A stretch of DNA of 64,000 nucleotides. It comes from Verrucomicrobiota bacterium (lineage in GTDB: Bacteria; Verrucomicrobiota; Verrucomicrobiia; Limisphaerales; JAIPKD01). The translations under genes and the position numbers were made by a program. Below the pieces are notes generated by a model. That model searched no databases. It saw nothing but the letters and a program-made list of their open reading frames with translations, and had not been told where the DNA came from. This document shows positions 44,790 to 58,592 of the stretch, in pieces (the stretch's first letter is position 1; every line of letters starts with the position of its first letter). Location: the NCBI GenBank assembly GCA_021733835.1, contig JAIPKD010000002.1, positions 16,962-80,961 of the forward strand. Reading direction: 5' to 3'.

Positions 44790-46971
44790 TATATTCGGGT
44801 ATTGTGAAGTAAAAAGATGAGCCTTTACCGAACTCGGATTCCACCCATATCCGTCCTGAGTGGCGTTCCACTATTTTTTTGCAGACGGCCAGGCCGATTC
44901 CCGTGCCGGGGAATTCAGAATAGCCGTGGAGTCTTTGAAAAATCATAAAAATCTTATCTTTGAATGCAGGATCTATGCCGATGCCGTTATCGCGTATGGC
45001 AAAGCGCCATTCCCGGGAAGCCTTACTCGTTTTCGTTTGTTGCTGCTGCACGAGCCCGGCGGAAATGTGGATGCGCGGGGTGTCGTCGCTGTGAAATTTA
45101 AGGGCGTTGGCGATCAGGTTTTGGAACAGCTGCGTAATTTGTGTTGAGTCTGCGGGCAGAGTGGGTAGCGGTTCGTGGTTGATTTGCGCGTTGACTGCGT
45201 TGATGGTCATCCTTAGGTTTGCTAAGGCGTATTCGAGGGACTGGTTGAAGTCTGTAGGTTTAAACGGTTTACCGCTTGTACTGACTCTAGAGTAGGTGAG
45301 CAGGTCGTTGATTAATTGCTGCATCCGCGTGGCGCCGTCGACTGCGAAGGCGATGAATTCGTCTGCATCCTCGTCGAGTTTCCCGCGGTAACGTCTGGCG
45401 AGTAACTCGGTGTAACTGGCGACCATGCGCAATGGTTCTTGGAGGTCATGTGAGGCTACGTAAGCGAACTGCTCGAGTTCCCTGTTGGAGCGTTCGAGTT
45501 CGGTGGCCTTGGCGGCGAGGGATTCCTCGGTCTGTTTTTGGTCTGTGATATTACGTGAAATTCCCACCAGGCCGGTTATGATGCCGGTTGTGTTTCGCAC
45601 CGGCACCTGTGTCACGGAGAACCAGCTGGGTGAGCCGTCGGGTTCGGGTTTGCGTCGTACCTCGCCGATGACCGGGATACCGTTGTTGAGGGTTCTGGCT
45701 TCGTCGGTGCCGTTATGTTCTTCGTGGCCGAGGATTTCCTTTTCTGTTTTTCCGATTGCCTGATCAGGGTGATCGAGGTTGAAGGCGTTTGCTTGTGCAT
45801 GGTTGATGCGGGTGAACCTGCCGGAATTGTTTTTGAAGTAGATCATGTCGGGAATGTTGTCCATCAACGACTTGAGCAGGTCGCGTTCGTATGCAAGAGC
45901 CGCTTCCGTCTGTTTCAATTTGGAGATTTCGACCAGGCTGTTGACTTCGTAGTCTTCATTACGCCAACGGATTCGGGCGCGACTGAGGAGGGCGGGTACT
46001 CCTTTGTCCGTGTAGCGTTTGATAAGGGCCTGGACGTCGGCCCTGTGGTTTGTTGCGGCGGTTTCGGGGTGTGCCGGGTGGGGGGTGTTGAAACTAATGA
46101 ATTCGGTCAGATGCTTTCCGATGATTTCTTCTCTGGGTTTATCGATCAGCTCTATAGCGCAGGCGTTTGCGGTAATGATCTTTTGTGTATGCGCGTCGAC
46201 CATGATTATTCCGGCGCGTACGCTGTCGAGCATAGTCTTCAGGTAGTCTTCGCTTTGTCTCAGGATTTTGTCCCTAGCCTGGATTTGTGTGAGCATTTCA
46301 TTGAAGGCCCTTACGAGCTGTCTTGTTTCGTCCTGGCCGACTTCCGGTGCGCGGACGGAATAGTCTTTTTGCTCGGAAATTTGTTTGGCAAGCCCGGCAA
46401 GTTTGAGCAGCGGGGTGGTTATAATCTGTTGGAGCCGTGAAGAGAGGAGCCAAGCGACAAGGAATGATAACGCCATTACGCCGAGGGTGATCTCGAGGTA
46501 ATTCCAGAATTGATCGTTAATGATCCGCGCATCTGAAAGGAGGCTGACATGCGCGATGGTTTCATTGTCGGCTTGGACAGGCATTGAGACATGCATGAGA
46601 TTCGACTCGGTGAATTGCACGCCGGATTCGACGGACGCCGGGAATGTTACGTCATCGATATCGGCCGATTTGTATTCGGTGAGGGTGCGGCCGTCGATTG
46701 TTCGAATGAGAGCCGCGATGATGTGCGGCTCGTTTTCCAGAGTTGCCAATATCCTCTCCAATCCCTCCGTATCACCAGACTTGATGGATGGAACGCTGTT
46801 CTCGGCTATTATGGCGGATATACATTCCAGGTAGGAGCGGATGTCCTTGTTGTAGGAGCGCCATTCATACCAGAAAAATGCCGTACAGGCCAGGATAAGC
46901 GCCACTACCGATGTGGTTGCGGTAATGAGCGCCAGCTTTCGCTTCAGCGGCATTTTACTCAGGTTCAGCAT
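44752..46971 (-). CDS. Membrane sensor histidine kinase (periplasmic sensor-HAMP-PAS-PAS-HisKA-HATPase)
   Basis: 739 aa with two TM flanking a roughly 130-aa periplasmic domain. HAMP, PAS regions, [12 protein letters not shown] (H-box), DNGIGI...GTGIGLA. Confidence 0.85.
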   Translation of the reverse strand: MLNLSKMPLKRKLALITATTSVVALILACTAFFWYEWRSYNKDIRSYLECISAIIAENSVPSIKSGDTEGLERILATLENEPHIIAALIRTIDGRTLTEYKSADIDDVTFPASVESGVQFTESNLMHVSMPVQADNETIAHVSLLSDARIINDQFWNYLEITLGVMALSFLVAWLLSSRLQQIITTPLLKLAGLAKQISEQKDYSVRAPEVGQDETRQLVRAFNEMLTQIQARDKILRQSEDYLKTMLDSVRAGIIMVDAHTQKIITANACAIELIDKPREEIIGKHLTEFISFNTPHPAHPETAATNHRADVQALIKRYTDKGVPALLSRARIRWRNEDYEVNSLVEISKLKQTEAALAYERDLLKSLMDNIPDMIYFKNNSGRFTRINHAQANAFNLDHPDQAIGKTEKEILGHEEHNGTDEARTLNNGIPVIGEVRRKPEPDGSPSWFSVTQVPVRNTTGIITGLVGISRNITDQKQTEESLAAKATELERSNRELEQFAYVASHDLQEPLRMVASYTELLARRYRGKLDEDADEFIAFAVDGATRMQQLINDLLTYSRVSTSGKPFKPTDFNQSLEYALANLRMTINAVNAQINHEPLPTLPADSTQITQLFQNLIANALKFHSDDTPRIHISAGLVQQQQTKTSKASREWRFAIRDNGIGIDPAFKDKIFMIFQRLHGYSEFPGTGIGLAVCKKIVERHSGRIWVESEFGKGSSFYFTIPEYIDNNGSANNKTH

Positions 46972-47574
46972 TAAATCGGTGATTTCCTATACGAATGCTT
47001 TTTCAGCGGGTTACGACGTTTTTGACGATTGCCAATTTCTACACCATGTATTGAGGCCGCATTGGCATGGAGTATGTGCTTTCTTGTGGCTGCCTTGATT
47101 AGGTTGTAGGAATCGGTGGTCGTTCCCGCATTCCCGCGCATGAAGAAGGGTGTCTTGCGATCCGAAGGAAAGCGGCGGAGGTTTTCAATGTGATTAGACA
47201 ATCGCATTAATATTTCGCACAAAATGATTAATTGACATTTACCACATCCTGTCCCGATGTGCTCCTAAACAGTCTTCGATCCGAAAAGCTGCAAGGCTTC
47301 ACCGGGTATGTGGATATGCTCCTTCACAGGTAAACCTATCAGCGCTTCGAGGCGCCCCGATATTGAATTACTGTGACCAGTTTGCAGAATAACTGGAATG
47401 AAAGCAATACAAACTTTTTTTGAAACCGCGTTTTTTTGTAATATCAGGCTATTTTCGGGGTAAACGCAGCGTATTAGATCGACCATGCCAAAAAGCCCCC
47501 AAAAATATACTGGCTAGAAGAAACCATTGCGGTAATCTAATAGCAGAAGGTATACTAATTGAGATATTGAGATT

Positions 47575-49029
47575 ATGGAACCGAAAGCGGATATTGCACT
47601 AATCGGCCTGGCCGTGATGGGACAGAACTTGGTCTTGAACATGAACGATCACGGGTTTACCGTCGCTGTTTACAACAGGACTGTTTCCAAGGTGGATAAT
47701 TTTCTCAACAACGAGGCCAGGGGAACTAATATCATCGGCGCTCATTCCATTGAGGAAATGGTTGCGCAACTGAAGCCGCCGCGGCGTGTGATGCTCCTTG
47801 TAAAGGCGGGTAAGGCCGTAGACGATTTTATCGAACAGCTGATACCGCACCTGGATGAGGGCGATATTATTATCGACGGCGGGAATTCGTATTTCAAGGA
47901 TACGATTCGGCGGACGAAATACGTCGAATCGAAGGGGTTGCGTTACATCGGCACCGGCGTTTCAGGCGGAGAAGAGGGCGCGCGCCATGGTCCATCGATA
48001 ATGCCGGGCGGCTCGAACGAGGCGTGGCCGTATGTGAAAGAGATTTTCCAGTCGACAAGCGCCAAGGCCGACGGCGGCGAACCGTGCTGTGATTGGGTGG
48101 GCAAAGACGGCGCAGGACATTTCGTGAAGATGGTTCACAATGGAATCGAGTACGGTGATATCCAGCTTATTTGCGAGGCGTATCATATCATGTCCGCCGG
48201 ACTCGGTATGACGCCCAAGGAGATAAGTGAAGTCTTCGGCCGCTGGAATGAAGGCGACCTTGATTCATATTTAATTGAGATCACGCGTGATATTCTTGCG
48301 TATGACGACGAAGACGGCGAACCGCTGATCGACAAGATACTCGATACCGCCGGTCAGAAGGGTACGGGCAAGTGGACTGTCGGATCATCCCTTGAATACG
48401 GCGTGCCGGTCACCCTTATCAGCGAGGCCGTGTTTTCGCGGTTCCTCTCGGCATTGAAAAATGAGCGGGTCGCCGCGGCAAAGGCGATCAAGGGAATAAA
48501 TCCAATAATCCGGGGCAACAAAGAGGCGATTATCAATGACTTGGAACAGGCACTTTATGCATCGAAGATAGTTTCCTATGCGCAGGGCTTTATGCTTATG
48601 CGTTTTGCGGCGGAAGAACACCGCTGGAAATTGAATTACGGCAGTATAGCCCTGATGTGGCGCGGCGGATGCATTATTCGCAGCCGGTTTCTCGGCCGGA
48701 TAAAAGAGGCCTTCGAACGCCGGCGCAGGTTGAAGAGCCTGTTACTGGATACATTTTTCAAACGCGCCATACGGAAGAGCCATAAACCATGGCGGCGCAC
48801 CATATCCAGGGTGGTCAAGGCCGGCATTCCCGTGCCCGCGATGTCATCGGCTCTGGCCTTCTTTGACGGGTACAGGAACGAATGGCTCCCGGCAAACCTG
48901 CTTCAGGCGCAACGCGATTATTTCGGCGCGCATACCTACGAAAGAGTGGACAGACCGCGCGGCGAATTCTTTCATACGAATTGGACGGGCCGCGGCGGCG
49001 AAACCGTGTCCGGCTCGTACAATGCCTGA
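47575..49029 (+). CDS. gnd: 6-phosphogluconate dehydrogenase (decarboxylating)
   Basis: 484 aa. IGLAVMGQNLVLNMNDHGF NADP-binding N-terminus and full-length family pattern. Confidence 0.95.
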   Translation: MEPKADIALIGLAVMGQNLVLNMNDHGFTVAVYNRTVSKVDNFLNNEARGTNIIGAHSIEEMVAQLKPPRRVMLLVKAGKAVDDFIEQLIPHLDEGDIIIDGGNSYFKDTIRRTKYVESKGLRYIGTGVSGGEEGARHGPSIMPGGSNEAWPYVKEIFQSTSAKADGGEPCCDWVGKDGAGHFVKMVHNGIEYGDIQLICEAYHIMSAGLGMTPKEISEVFGRWNEGDLDSYLIEITRDILAYDDEDGEPLIDKILDTAGQKGTGKWTVGSSLEYGVPVTLISEAVFSRFLSALKNERVAAAKAIKGINPIIRGNKEAIINDLEQALYASKIVSYAQGFMLMRFAAEEHRWKLNYGSIALMWRGGCIIRSRFLGRIKEAFERRRRLKSLLLDTFFKRAIRKSHKPWRRTISRVVKAGIPVPAMSSALAFFDGYRNEWLPANLLQAQRDYFGAHTYERVDRPRGEFFHTNWTGRGGETVSGSYNA

Positions 49030-49041
49030 TAAGCTTTTTTT

Positions 49042-49097
49042 AGCGCAACCGATTCCGTGGATCAGATTTGTGCGGCCGGTTGCGCTTTATTTTTTTG
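49042..49097 (+). terminator. Rho-independent terminator after gnd
   Basis: agcgcaaccg...(loop)...cggttgcgct followed by ttatttttttt. Confidence 0.55.
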
Positions 49098-49121
49098 AAA
49101 CAGATTGTAAACTTAGTGGGT

Positions 49122-50006
49122 ATGAGTGATTCAGATAAACCGCTTATTAAACTTCAACCGACCAAGGAATTCTTCATTGGAATCGATTCCGACGGATGTG
49201 TGTTTGATTCCATGGAAATCAAACACAAAGAATGCTTTACGCCGATGTTTATCAAGCATTTCGGTCTACAGCCCGTGAGCAAGTATGCGCGGCAGACGTG
49301 GGAATTCGTCAATCTCTATTCCAAGACGCGCGGAACGAACAGGTTCCCCGCATTGTCGCTGTCTCTGAACATGCTCAGGGAACGGTCTGAAACCGTCGCC
49401 CGTAACGTACCCGTACCGGATACGGCGGAATTGGACGCATGGATCGCCAGGGAGACTAAACTTACAAACTCGACACTCAAGGCGGAAGTCGAAAAAGGGA
49501 ACCCGGCGCTGGCCCGCGTCCTCGATTGGTCAAACGACGTCAACAAGGCCGTGCAGGAGATGGTCTCCGGACTGCCGCCGTTCCCGTTTGTTCGTGAGTC
49601 GCTGGACAAGATATCCGACGGCGCCGATGCGATCGTGGTTTCTCAGACCCCGACCGAGGCCCTGGAGCGCGAGTGGATCGAGCACGATATGGACAAGTAC
49701 GTTGCCGCCATTGCCGGCCAGGAGCTGGGTTCGAAGAGCGATCATCTTCAAATGGCCGTGAAAGATAAATACGCGCCCGAGAAATCGCTGATGATAGGCG
49801 ATGCGCCGGGCGATTTCAAGGCCGCCAAGGACAACGTAATCCTTTTCTATCCTATTATCCCCGGGGATGAAGAGGCCTCGTGGCAGCGGTTTTTCGAAGA
49901 GGCACTTGATAAATTCTTTGCGGGCGAATACGCGGGCGCATACGAGCTTGAGCTTATAAGGGAGTTCAACGCAAGCCTGCCCACACAACCACCCTGGAAA
50001 AAGTGA
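49122..50006 (+). CDS. HAD-superfamily hydrolase
   Basis: ATG at 49122, downstream of the gnd terminator. IGIDSDGCVFDS (motif I, DxD) and MIGDAPGD (motif IV). Confidence 0.75.
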   Translation: MSDSDKPLIKLQPTKEFFIGIDSDGCVFDSMEIKHKECFTPMFIKHFGLQPVSKYARQTWEFVNLYSKTRGTNRFPALSLSLNMLRERSETVARNVPVPDTAELDAWIARETKLTNSTLKAEVEKGNPALARVLDWSNDVNKAVQEMVSGLPPFPFVRESLDKISDGADAIVVSQTPTEALEREWIEHDMDKYVAAIAGQELGSKSDHLQMAVKDKYAPEKSLMIGDAPGDFKAAKDNVILFYPIIPGDEEASWQRFFEEALDKFFAGEYAGAYELELIREFNASLPTQPPWKK

Positions 50007-52423
50007 ACACCCGCACCCGGCAGAACGACCCCGGTTGCTACGAGTTGAACCGAAGTCACAGTGTTAGTACTGTGGACGAATGTGCGCGCCTGAAGATTTG
50101 CATCCGCGGCGCCGTTCAGGGTGTCGGGTTCCGCCCGTTCGTATATCGTCTCGCCGGCAATCTCTACCTTAATGGCTGGGTGAATAACACGCCCGAGGGC
50201 GTTCATATCGAAGTCGAAGGCGCAGAGAAGGCGTTGCGCGAGTTCTTGGATAGACTTAATGCCGAAAAGCCGGTGCATGCGCGGCTTTATAGCGTCGACC
50301 ACGTTTGGCTCGATCCCGCCGGTTACGACGGATTCGAGATACGTCCCAGCGCCGCCGGTGCGTCTGGTGCGGTAGTTTTACCCGATATCGCCACATGCGA
50401 AGACTGCGTGGCAGAGCTCTTCGATCCGAATAACCGCCGCTTCAGGTATCCTTTCCTGAACTGTACAAACTGCGGTCCGCGTTACAGCATTATAGAAGAC
50501 GTGCCTTATGATCGCGCGAACACGACGATGAACTCATTCGAAATGTGCGGCGATTGCCGTGCCGAGTACAATGATCCCGCGGACAGACGTTTCCACGCGC
50601 AGCCGAACGCCTGCCCGGTTTGCGGCCCGCGCCTGGAGCTACGCGAGCCCTCGGGCGCGCTTTCATCCGCCGGTGACGCAGCGCTGAAAGATGCTGTAGA
50701 TGCGATCAGGGCTGGGTGCGTTATCGCACTCAAAGGTCTCGGCGGATTCCAGCTGGTTGCAGATGCGCATAACAACGAGGCGGTACAGCGACTGCGGCAA
50801 CGCAAGCACCGTGAGCATAAACCATTCGCCGTCATGGCGCCGTCTATGGACGCCGTCGCGGTATTTTGCGAATTATCGAATACCGAGAGACGCATACTCC
50901 GCTCGCCTGAGACGCCGATAACGCTTTTAAAAAAAGGATTAACAAGGCGGGCCTTCATGGCCGAGTTCGGGACGAGACGATTCCACGAACAAATCGCGGA
51001 CGCCGTTGCCCCGGAAAATCCGTACCTTGGCGTAATGCTGCCTTACACGCCTTTGCATCATTTATTGATGAGCGACCTCGGATTCTTCATTGTGGCTACG
51101 AGTGGGAATATTTCGGACGAACCCATGTGCATCGATGACGTCGAAGCGCTCGAGAGACTGAAAGGCGTGGCCGATTTATTCCTCGTCCATAATAGGCCGA
51201 TCGCCCGGCAAGTGGACGACTCGATAGTGCGCGAGGTTCGCGGGCGCCGGGTGCTTCTGCGCAGGTCGCGTGGATTCGCCCCGTTGCCGGTATATCTTCC
51301 GCAGGGGCTGCCGCCGCTCCTCGCGGTGGGCGGGCATTTGAAAAACACGGTGGCGGTCTCCTCGGAAAACCGCGTGATCCTCAGCCAGCATATCGGCGAC
51401 CTGGATACCGCCGAGTCACTACACGCATTCGATAAAGTAATTACCGATATTCAGGCGCTTTACCGCGTGCGCCCGGAAAAGATCGTTCACGACGCACACC
51501 CGGACTACGCATCGACGCGCTACGCCGAAAGCTCCGGCCTCCCGACTGTATCCGTCCAGCACCACGTGGCCCATGCGTTATCCGTCATCGCCGAAAACGA
51601 ACTCGAACCACCGCTTCTGGCGGCGGTATGGGACGGTACCGGCTACGGCGCGGACGCCACTGTATGGGGTGGCGAGTTTTTTCAAATTCGCGGAAACTCC
51701 ATACGCCGAATAGCCGCGTTGAGGCGGTTCCCTTTGCCCGGCGGTGAAGCGGCGGTGCGGGAGCCGAGAAGAACGGCATTAGGAATTCTTTTCGAGTTGC
51801 TGGGTCATAAGACCTTCGAATTAAAGGATTGTCCGACACTCGATGCGTTCAGCGGTGTTGAATTAAATGCGCTGGAGACGATGTTGAACAAGAACATCAA
51901 TTGCCCGCAAACATCCAGTATGGGGCGATTGTTCGATGCCGTAGCCTCGCTCACTGGATTGGAGCAGCACAACCTTTTCGAGGGCGGCGCAGCGATGAGG
52001 CTTGAATTCATTGCCTGTGAGACGGTGGCATCACGGAGATATCGTTTTTGCGCAAAAATGGATAAACAAAAGCAAAATAGGGTTGGCATTGATGCCGCCG
52101 ATCCAATAATCGTTATTGACTGGGCACCGGTTGTCGAGGGAATCTTGAAGGATACGCAGGCGCGAATACCGGTTGATGCGATAGCCGCTGGTTTTCATGA
52201 GGCGCTTGCGGAAGTCGTTCTCGAAATAGCACGTCGGACGGGAGAAGAGCGGGTGGTGGTTTCCGGAGGTTGTTTTCAGAACCGGTTACTCTCGGAAGGC
52301 GTTGCCGGTGTGCTTGAGGAAGCGGGGTTCAAGTGTTACGGACATCAGCGAATTCCTCCGAACGACGGCGGTTTGGCCTTAGGGCAGATAATCGCCGCGG
52401 CGAATAATTTTATTTTGAGTTAG
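50003..52423 (+). CDS. hypF: [NiFe]-hydrogenase maturation carbamoyltransferase HypF
   Basis: Acylphosphatase-like VQGVGFRPFVY. Two zinc-finger pairs (CEDC..CTNCGPRYSI; CGDC..CPVCGPRL). YrdC-like and Kae1-like regions. The start is uncertain (GTG at 50003 or GTG at 50072). Confidence 0.9.
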   Translation: MNTRTRQNDPGCYELNRSHSVSTVDECARLKICIRGAVQGVGFRPFVYRLAGNLYLNGWVNNTPEGVHIEVEGAEKALREFLDRLNAEKPVHARLYSVDHVWLDPAGYDGFEIRPSAAGASGAVVLPDIATCEDCVAELFDPNNRRFRYPFLNCTNCGPRYSIIEDVPYDRANTTMNSFEMCGDCRAEYNDPADRRFHAQPNACPVCGPRLELREPSGALSSAGDAALKDAVDAIRAGCVIALKGLGGFQLVADAHNNEAVQRLRQRKHREHKPFAVMAPSMDAVAVFCELSNTERRILRSPETPITLLKKGLTRRAFMAEFGTRRFHEQIADAVAPENPYLGVMLPYTPLHHLLMSDLGFFIVATSGNISDEPMCIDDVEALERLKGVADLFLVHNRPIARQVDDSIVREVRGRRVLLRRSRGFAPLPVYLPQGLPPLLAVGGHLKNTVAVSSENRVILSQHIGDLDTAESLHAFDKVITDIQALYRVRPEKIVHDAHPDYASTRYAESSGLPTVSVQHHVAHALSVIAENELEPPLLAAVWDGTGYGADATVWGGEFFQIRGNSIRRIAALRRFPLPGGEAAVREPRRTALGILFELLGHKTFELKDCPTLDAFSGVELNALETMLNKNINCPQTSSMGRLFDAVASLTGLEQHNLFEGGAAMRLEFIACETVASRRYRFCAKMDKQKQNRVGIDAADPIIVIDWAPVVEGILKDTQARIPVDAIAAGFHEALAEVVLEIARRTGEERVVVSGGCFQNRLLSEGVAGVLEEAGFKCYGHQRIPPNDGGLALGQIIAAANNFILS

Positions 52424-52428
52424 CGAAT

Positions 52429-52669
52429 ATGTGTTTGGCAGTCCCTGGGAAAATAATTGAGATCGAGAACGACGATGACCTGATGCGTGCGGGCAGGGTC
52501 GATTTTGGTGGAGTTCAAAAGGAAGTAAACCTTGCCTACGTGCCGGAGGCGCGTCCGGGCGATTATGTAATTGTGCATGTCGGTTTTGCAATAAGCACAC
52601 TCGATGAAGACGAGGCGCAGGAAGTATTTGAATACGTCAGAAAAATAGATGAATCACTGGAGTTAACCA

Positions 52670-52680
<11 letters not shown>
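52429..52680 (+). CDS. hypC: Hydrogenase maturation chaperone HypC/HybG/HupF family
   Basis: 83 aa with the MCLAVPGKI N-terminus (essential Cys2). Confidence 0.9.
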
Positions 52681-56275
<3,595 letters not shown>

Positions 56276-56291
56276 CCGGAAACTTAACGCT

Positions 56292-56313
56292 CCCCGGCTC
56301 TATTCAGCCGGGG
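56292..56313 (+). other. Stem-loop between nifJ and the DHOD-like gene (weak terminator or processing site)
   Basis: ccccggct-ctattc-agccgggg with no strong T-run after it. Confidence 0.3.
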
Positions 56314-56366
56314 GCGAAATCACTTTTAAATCAATAATAAAATAATTAAAAACAGGAGAATATACC

Positions 56367-57362
56367 ATGGATCTGAGTACAAATTACCTGGGACTGAAAC
56401 TCCGCACGCCGCTTGTCCCGTCGGCCGGTCCCCTTTGTGAGGAACTCGATAACATCAAGAAAATGGAAGACGCCGGCGCCTCGGCCGTAGTGTTGCATTC
56501 GCTTTTCGAAGAGCAACTCTCGCTCGAGGCGTACGAGCTGGACAGGAGCCTGACACAAGGCACCGAGAGCTTTGCCGAGGCGCAGACCTATTTTCCTGAA
56601 ATGCAGTCCTTCCGGCTTGGGCCGGAGGATTACCTGGAGCATATTTCCAAGGCGAAAGAGTCCGTCGGAATCCCAATTATCGCCAGCTTAAACGGCGTAT
56701 CAGACGGGGGCTGGATCGATTATTCCAAGAAGATACAAGAAGCCGGCGCCGATGCGCTCGAGCTGAATATCTATTATATTCCGACGGATATGGAAATGAC
56801 GGGTGAGCAGGTCGAGGATAAGTATATTTCAATCCTCAAGGCGGTTAAAGAAGTGGTGAACATTCCGGTTGCCGTCAAGCTAAGCCCGTTTTTCAGTAAC
56901 ATAGCGAACATGGCCGGTAAGCTTGATCGTGCCGGGGCGAATGCGCTCGTGTTGTTCAACCGTTTTTATCAGCCGGAGATCAACCTTGAAGAGCTCGAGG
57001 TCGAGCATAACGTTCTTCTCAGCACGCCGCAGGCGCGACGTCTGCCCATGCGTTGGATAGCGATCCTGTACGGAAAGGTCGAGGCCGACCTCGCCGCCAC
57101 AAGCGGTATTCATACCGGAAAGGACGCGCTCAAGATGCTCATGGTCGGCTCGAAGGTCACGATGCTCTGCTCGGTGCTCCTCAAGCAGGGTATCGACAAG
57201 ATGAAAGAGATCGAAACGGAAATAGTCGAATGGCTCGAAGAGCACGAGTATGAATCGGTCGAGCAGCTTCAGGGGTCGCTTAGCCAGAAGAAATGCCCCG
57301 AACCCAGCGCTTACGAACGCGCGCAGTACATGAAGATTCTGAAGACATTCCATATCGCCTAG
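56367..57362 (+). CDS. Dihydroorotate dehydrogenase-like TIM-barrel flavoprotein (not a canonical PyrD)
   Basis: 331 aa with an aggag RBS. DHOD/DHPD-family pattern (SAGPL...GASAVVLHSLFEEQ...GADALELNIYY...). The class-1 LSCPN or class-2 SSPN catalytic motif is replaced by NIYYIP. Confidence 0.8.
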   Translation: MDLSTNYLGLKLRTPLVPSAGPLCEELDNIKKMEDAGASAVVLHSLFEEQLSLEAYELDRSLTQGTESFAEAQTYFPEMQSFRLGPEDYLEHISKAKESVGIPIIASLNGVSDGGWIDYSKKIQEAGADALELNIYYIPTDMEMTGEQVEDKYISILKAVKEVVNIPVAVKLSPFFSNIANMAGKLDRAGANALVLFNRFYQPEINLEELEVEHNVLLSTPQARRLPMRWIAILYGKVEADLAATSGIHTGKDALKMLMVGSKVTMLCSVLLKQGIDKMKEIETEIVEWLEEHEYESVEQLQGSLSQKKCPEPSAYERAQYMKILKTFHIA

Positions 57363-57387
57363 AATGCGGGACTTGTCTCAGCGTTTT

Positions 57388-57415
57388 AAGGCGGGCACAT
57401 GCCCGCCTTTTTTGT
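57388..57415 (+). terminator. Rho-independent terminator after the DHOD-like gene
   Basis: aaggcgggc-acat-gcccgcctt followed by ttttg. Confidence 0.65.
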
Positions 57416-57451
57416 TTGTGATTTTCAATCAATATCTGAATTCTTAACGGC

Positions 57452-58540
57452 ATGAAATACCTGGATGAGTTCAGGAATCCGGAGACGGTCAAGAAATATG
57501 CGGAGGCGATCCACAAAACGGCTTCGCGGCCCTGGCGGATAATGGAGATATGCGGCGGCCAGACTCATAGCATAATGAGGTTCGGCCTCGAGGGGCTGTT
57601 GCCGGATTCACTGGATTTGGTGCATGGACCGGGTTGCCCGGTTTGCGTTACTCCCATTGAATTGATCGATTGCGCAATCGAGATTGCGCGGAAACCCGAG
57701 GTCGTATTCTGCTCTTTCGGGGATATGCTCCGTGTACCGGGGTCCGAGACCGATATGTTCTCGGCGAAGGCCGACGGTGGCGATGTGCGTATCGTTTATT
57801 CCCCGCTGGATGCGGTGCGTCTGGCTCGTAAACATCCGGATAAACAGGTGGTGTTTTTTGCCGTGGGGTTTGAGACCACCGCGCCCGCCAACGCCATGGC
57901 GGTGCTGCAGGCGGATAAATCGGGCATCGACAACTTCTCGATGGTCGTATCCCACGTCCTGGTGCCGCCGGCGATCGAGGCGATCTCGGCGTCCCGAGAC
58001 AGCTGTATTCAAGGCTTCCTCACCGCCGGTCACGTCTGCGCGGTAATGGGATACAACGAGTATGAGCCGATCGCCGAGAGATACAAAATACCGATGGTCG
58101 TAACCGGATTTGAACCGGTCGATATCCTTCACGGGATATACCGCTGTGTCAGTCAACTCGAGAAAGGAATCGCGAAAGTGGAGAACGCGTACTCGCGCAC
58201 GGTACGTCCGGATGGTAATAAGCACGCGAAAAAAACTGTGAACGATGTGTTCAAGGTAGTAACGCGTAACTGGCGCGGCATAGGCGAGATTCCGGACAGC
58301 GGACTCGATCTGCGCGATGAGTTTATTCGATTCGATGCCGTACGTAAATTCGGACTGAGTATCCGGCCGGTCTCCGAGAATACCGAATGCAAGGCAGGCG
58401 AGGTGCTGCAGGGGATTTTGAAGCCGGATCAATGCCCCGTATTCGGATCGAAGTGCACGCCGGAGCATCCGCTCGGCGCGCCCATGGTCTCTTCCGAGGG
58501 CGCCTGCGCGGCGTATTACAGGTATCACGGTAAAGGTTGA
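57452..58540 (+). CDS. hypD: Hydrogenase maturation protein HypD
   Basis: 362 aa. [28 protein letters not shown] and C-terminal Cys motifs. Confidence 0.9.
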   Translation: MKYLDEFRNPETVKKYAEAIHKTASRPWRIMEICGGQTHSIMRFGLEGLLPDSLDLVHGPGCPVCVTPIELIDCAIEIARKPEVVFCSFGDMLRVPGSETDMFSAKADGGDVRIVYSPLDAVRLARKHPDKQVVFFAVGFETTAPANAMAVLQADKSGIDNFSMVVSHVLVPPAIEAISASRDSCIQGFLTAGHVCAVMGYNEYEPIAERYKIPMVVTGFEPVDILHGIYRCVSQLEKGIAKVENAYSRTVRPDGNKHAKKTVNDVFKVVTRNWRGIGEIPDSGLDLRDEFIRFDAVRKFGLSIRPVSENTECKAGEVLQGILKPDQCPVFGSKCTPEHPLGAPMVSSEGACAAYYRYHGKG

Positions 58541-58592
58541 TAAATCATCCTCATCCGTGGAGCCTATCGTACTGACGCGGAGATACGCGTTA

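Noticed and set aside
45715-46440. 241-aa plus-strand ORF antisense to the sensor kinase
   Set aside because: It has no motifs, and the kinase frame on the minus strand is complete (HAMP, PAS, H-box, HATPase).
46971-47222. 83-aa basic ORF whose stop overlaps the sensor kinase start (TAATG)
   Set aside because: The coupling geometry is suggestive, but the peptide has no motif or hydrophobic segment, and it lies in the divergent promoter region shared with gnd. It is unresolved rather than disproved, and there is not enough support to call a gene.
57608-58528. 306-aa minus-strand ORF antisense to hypD
   Set aside because: The plus frame is an unmistakable HypD. The antisense frame is Arg-rich with no motifs.
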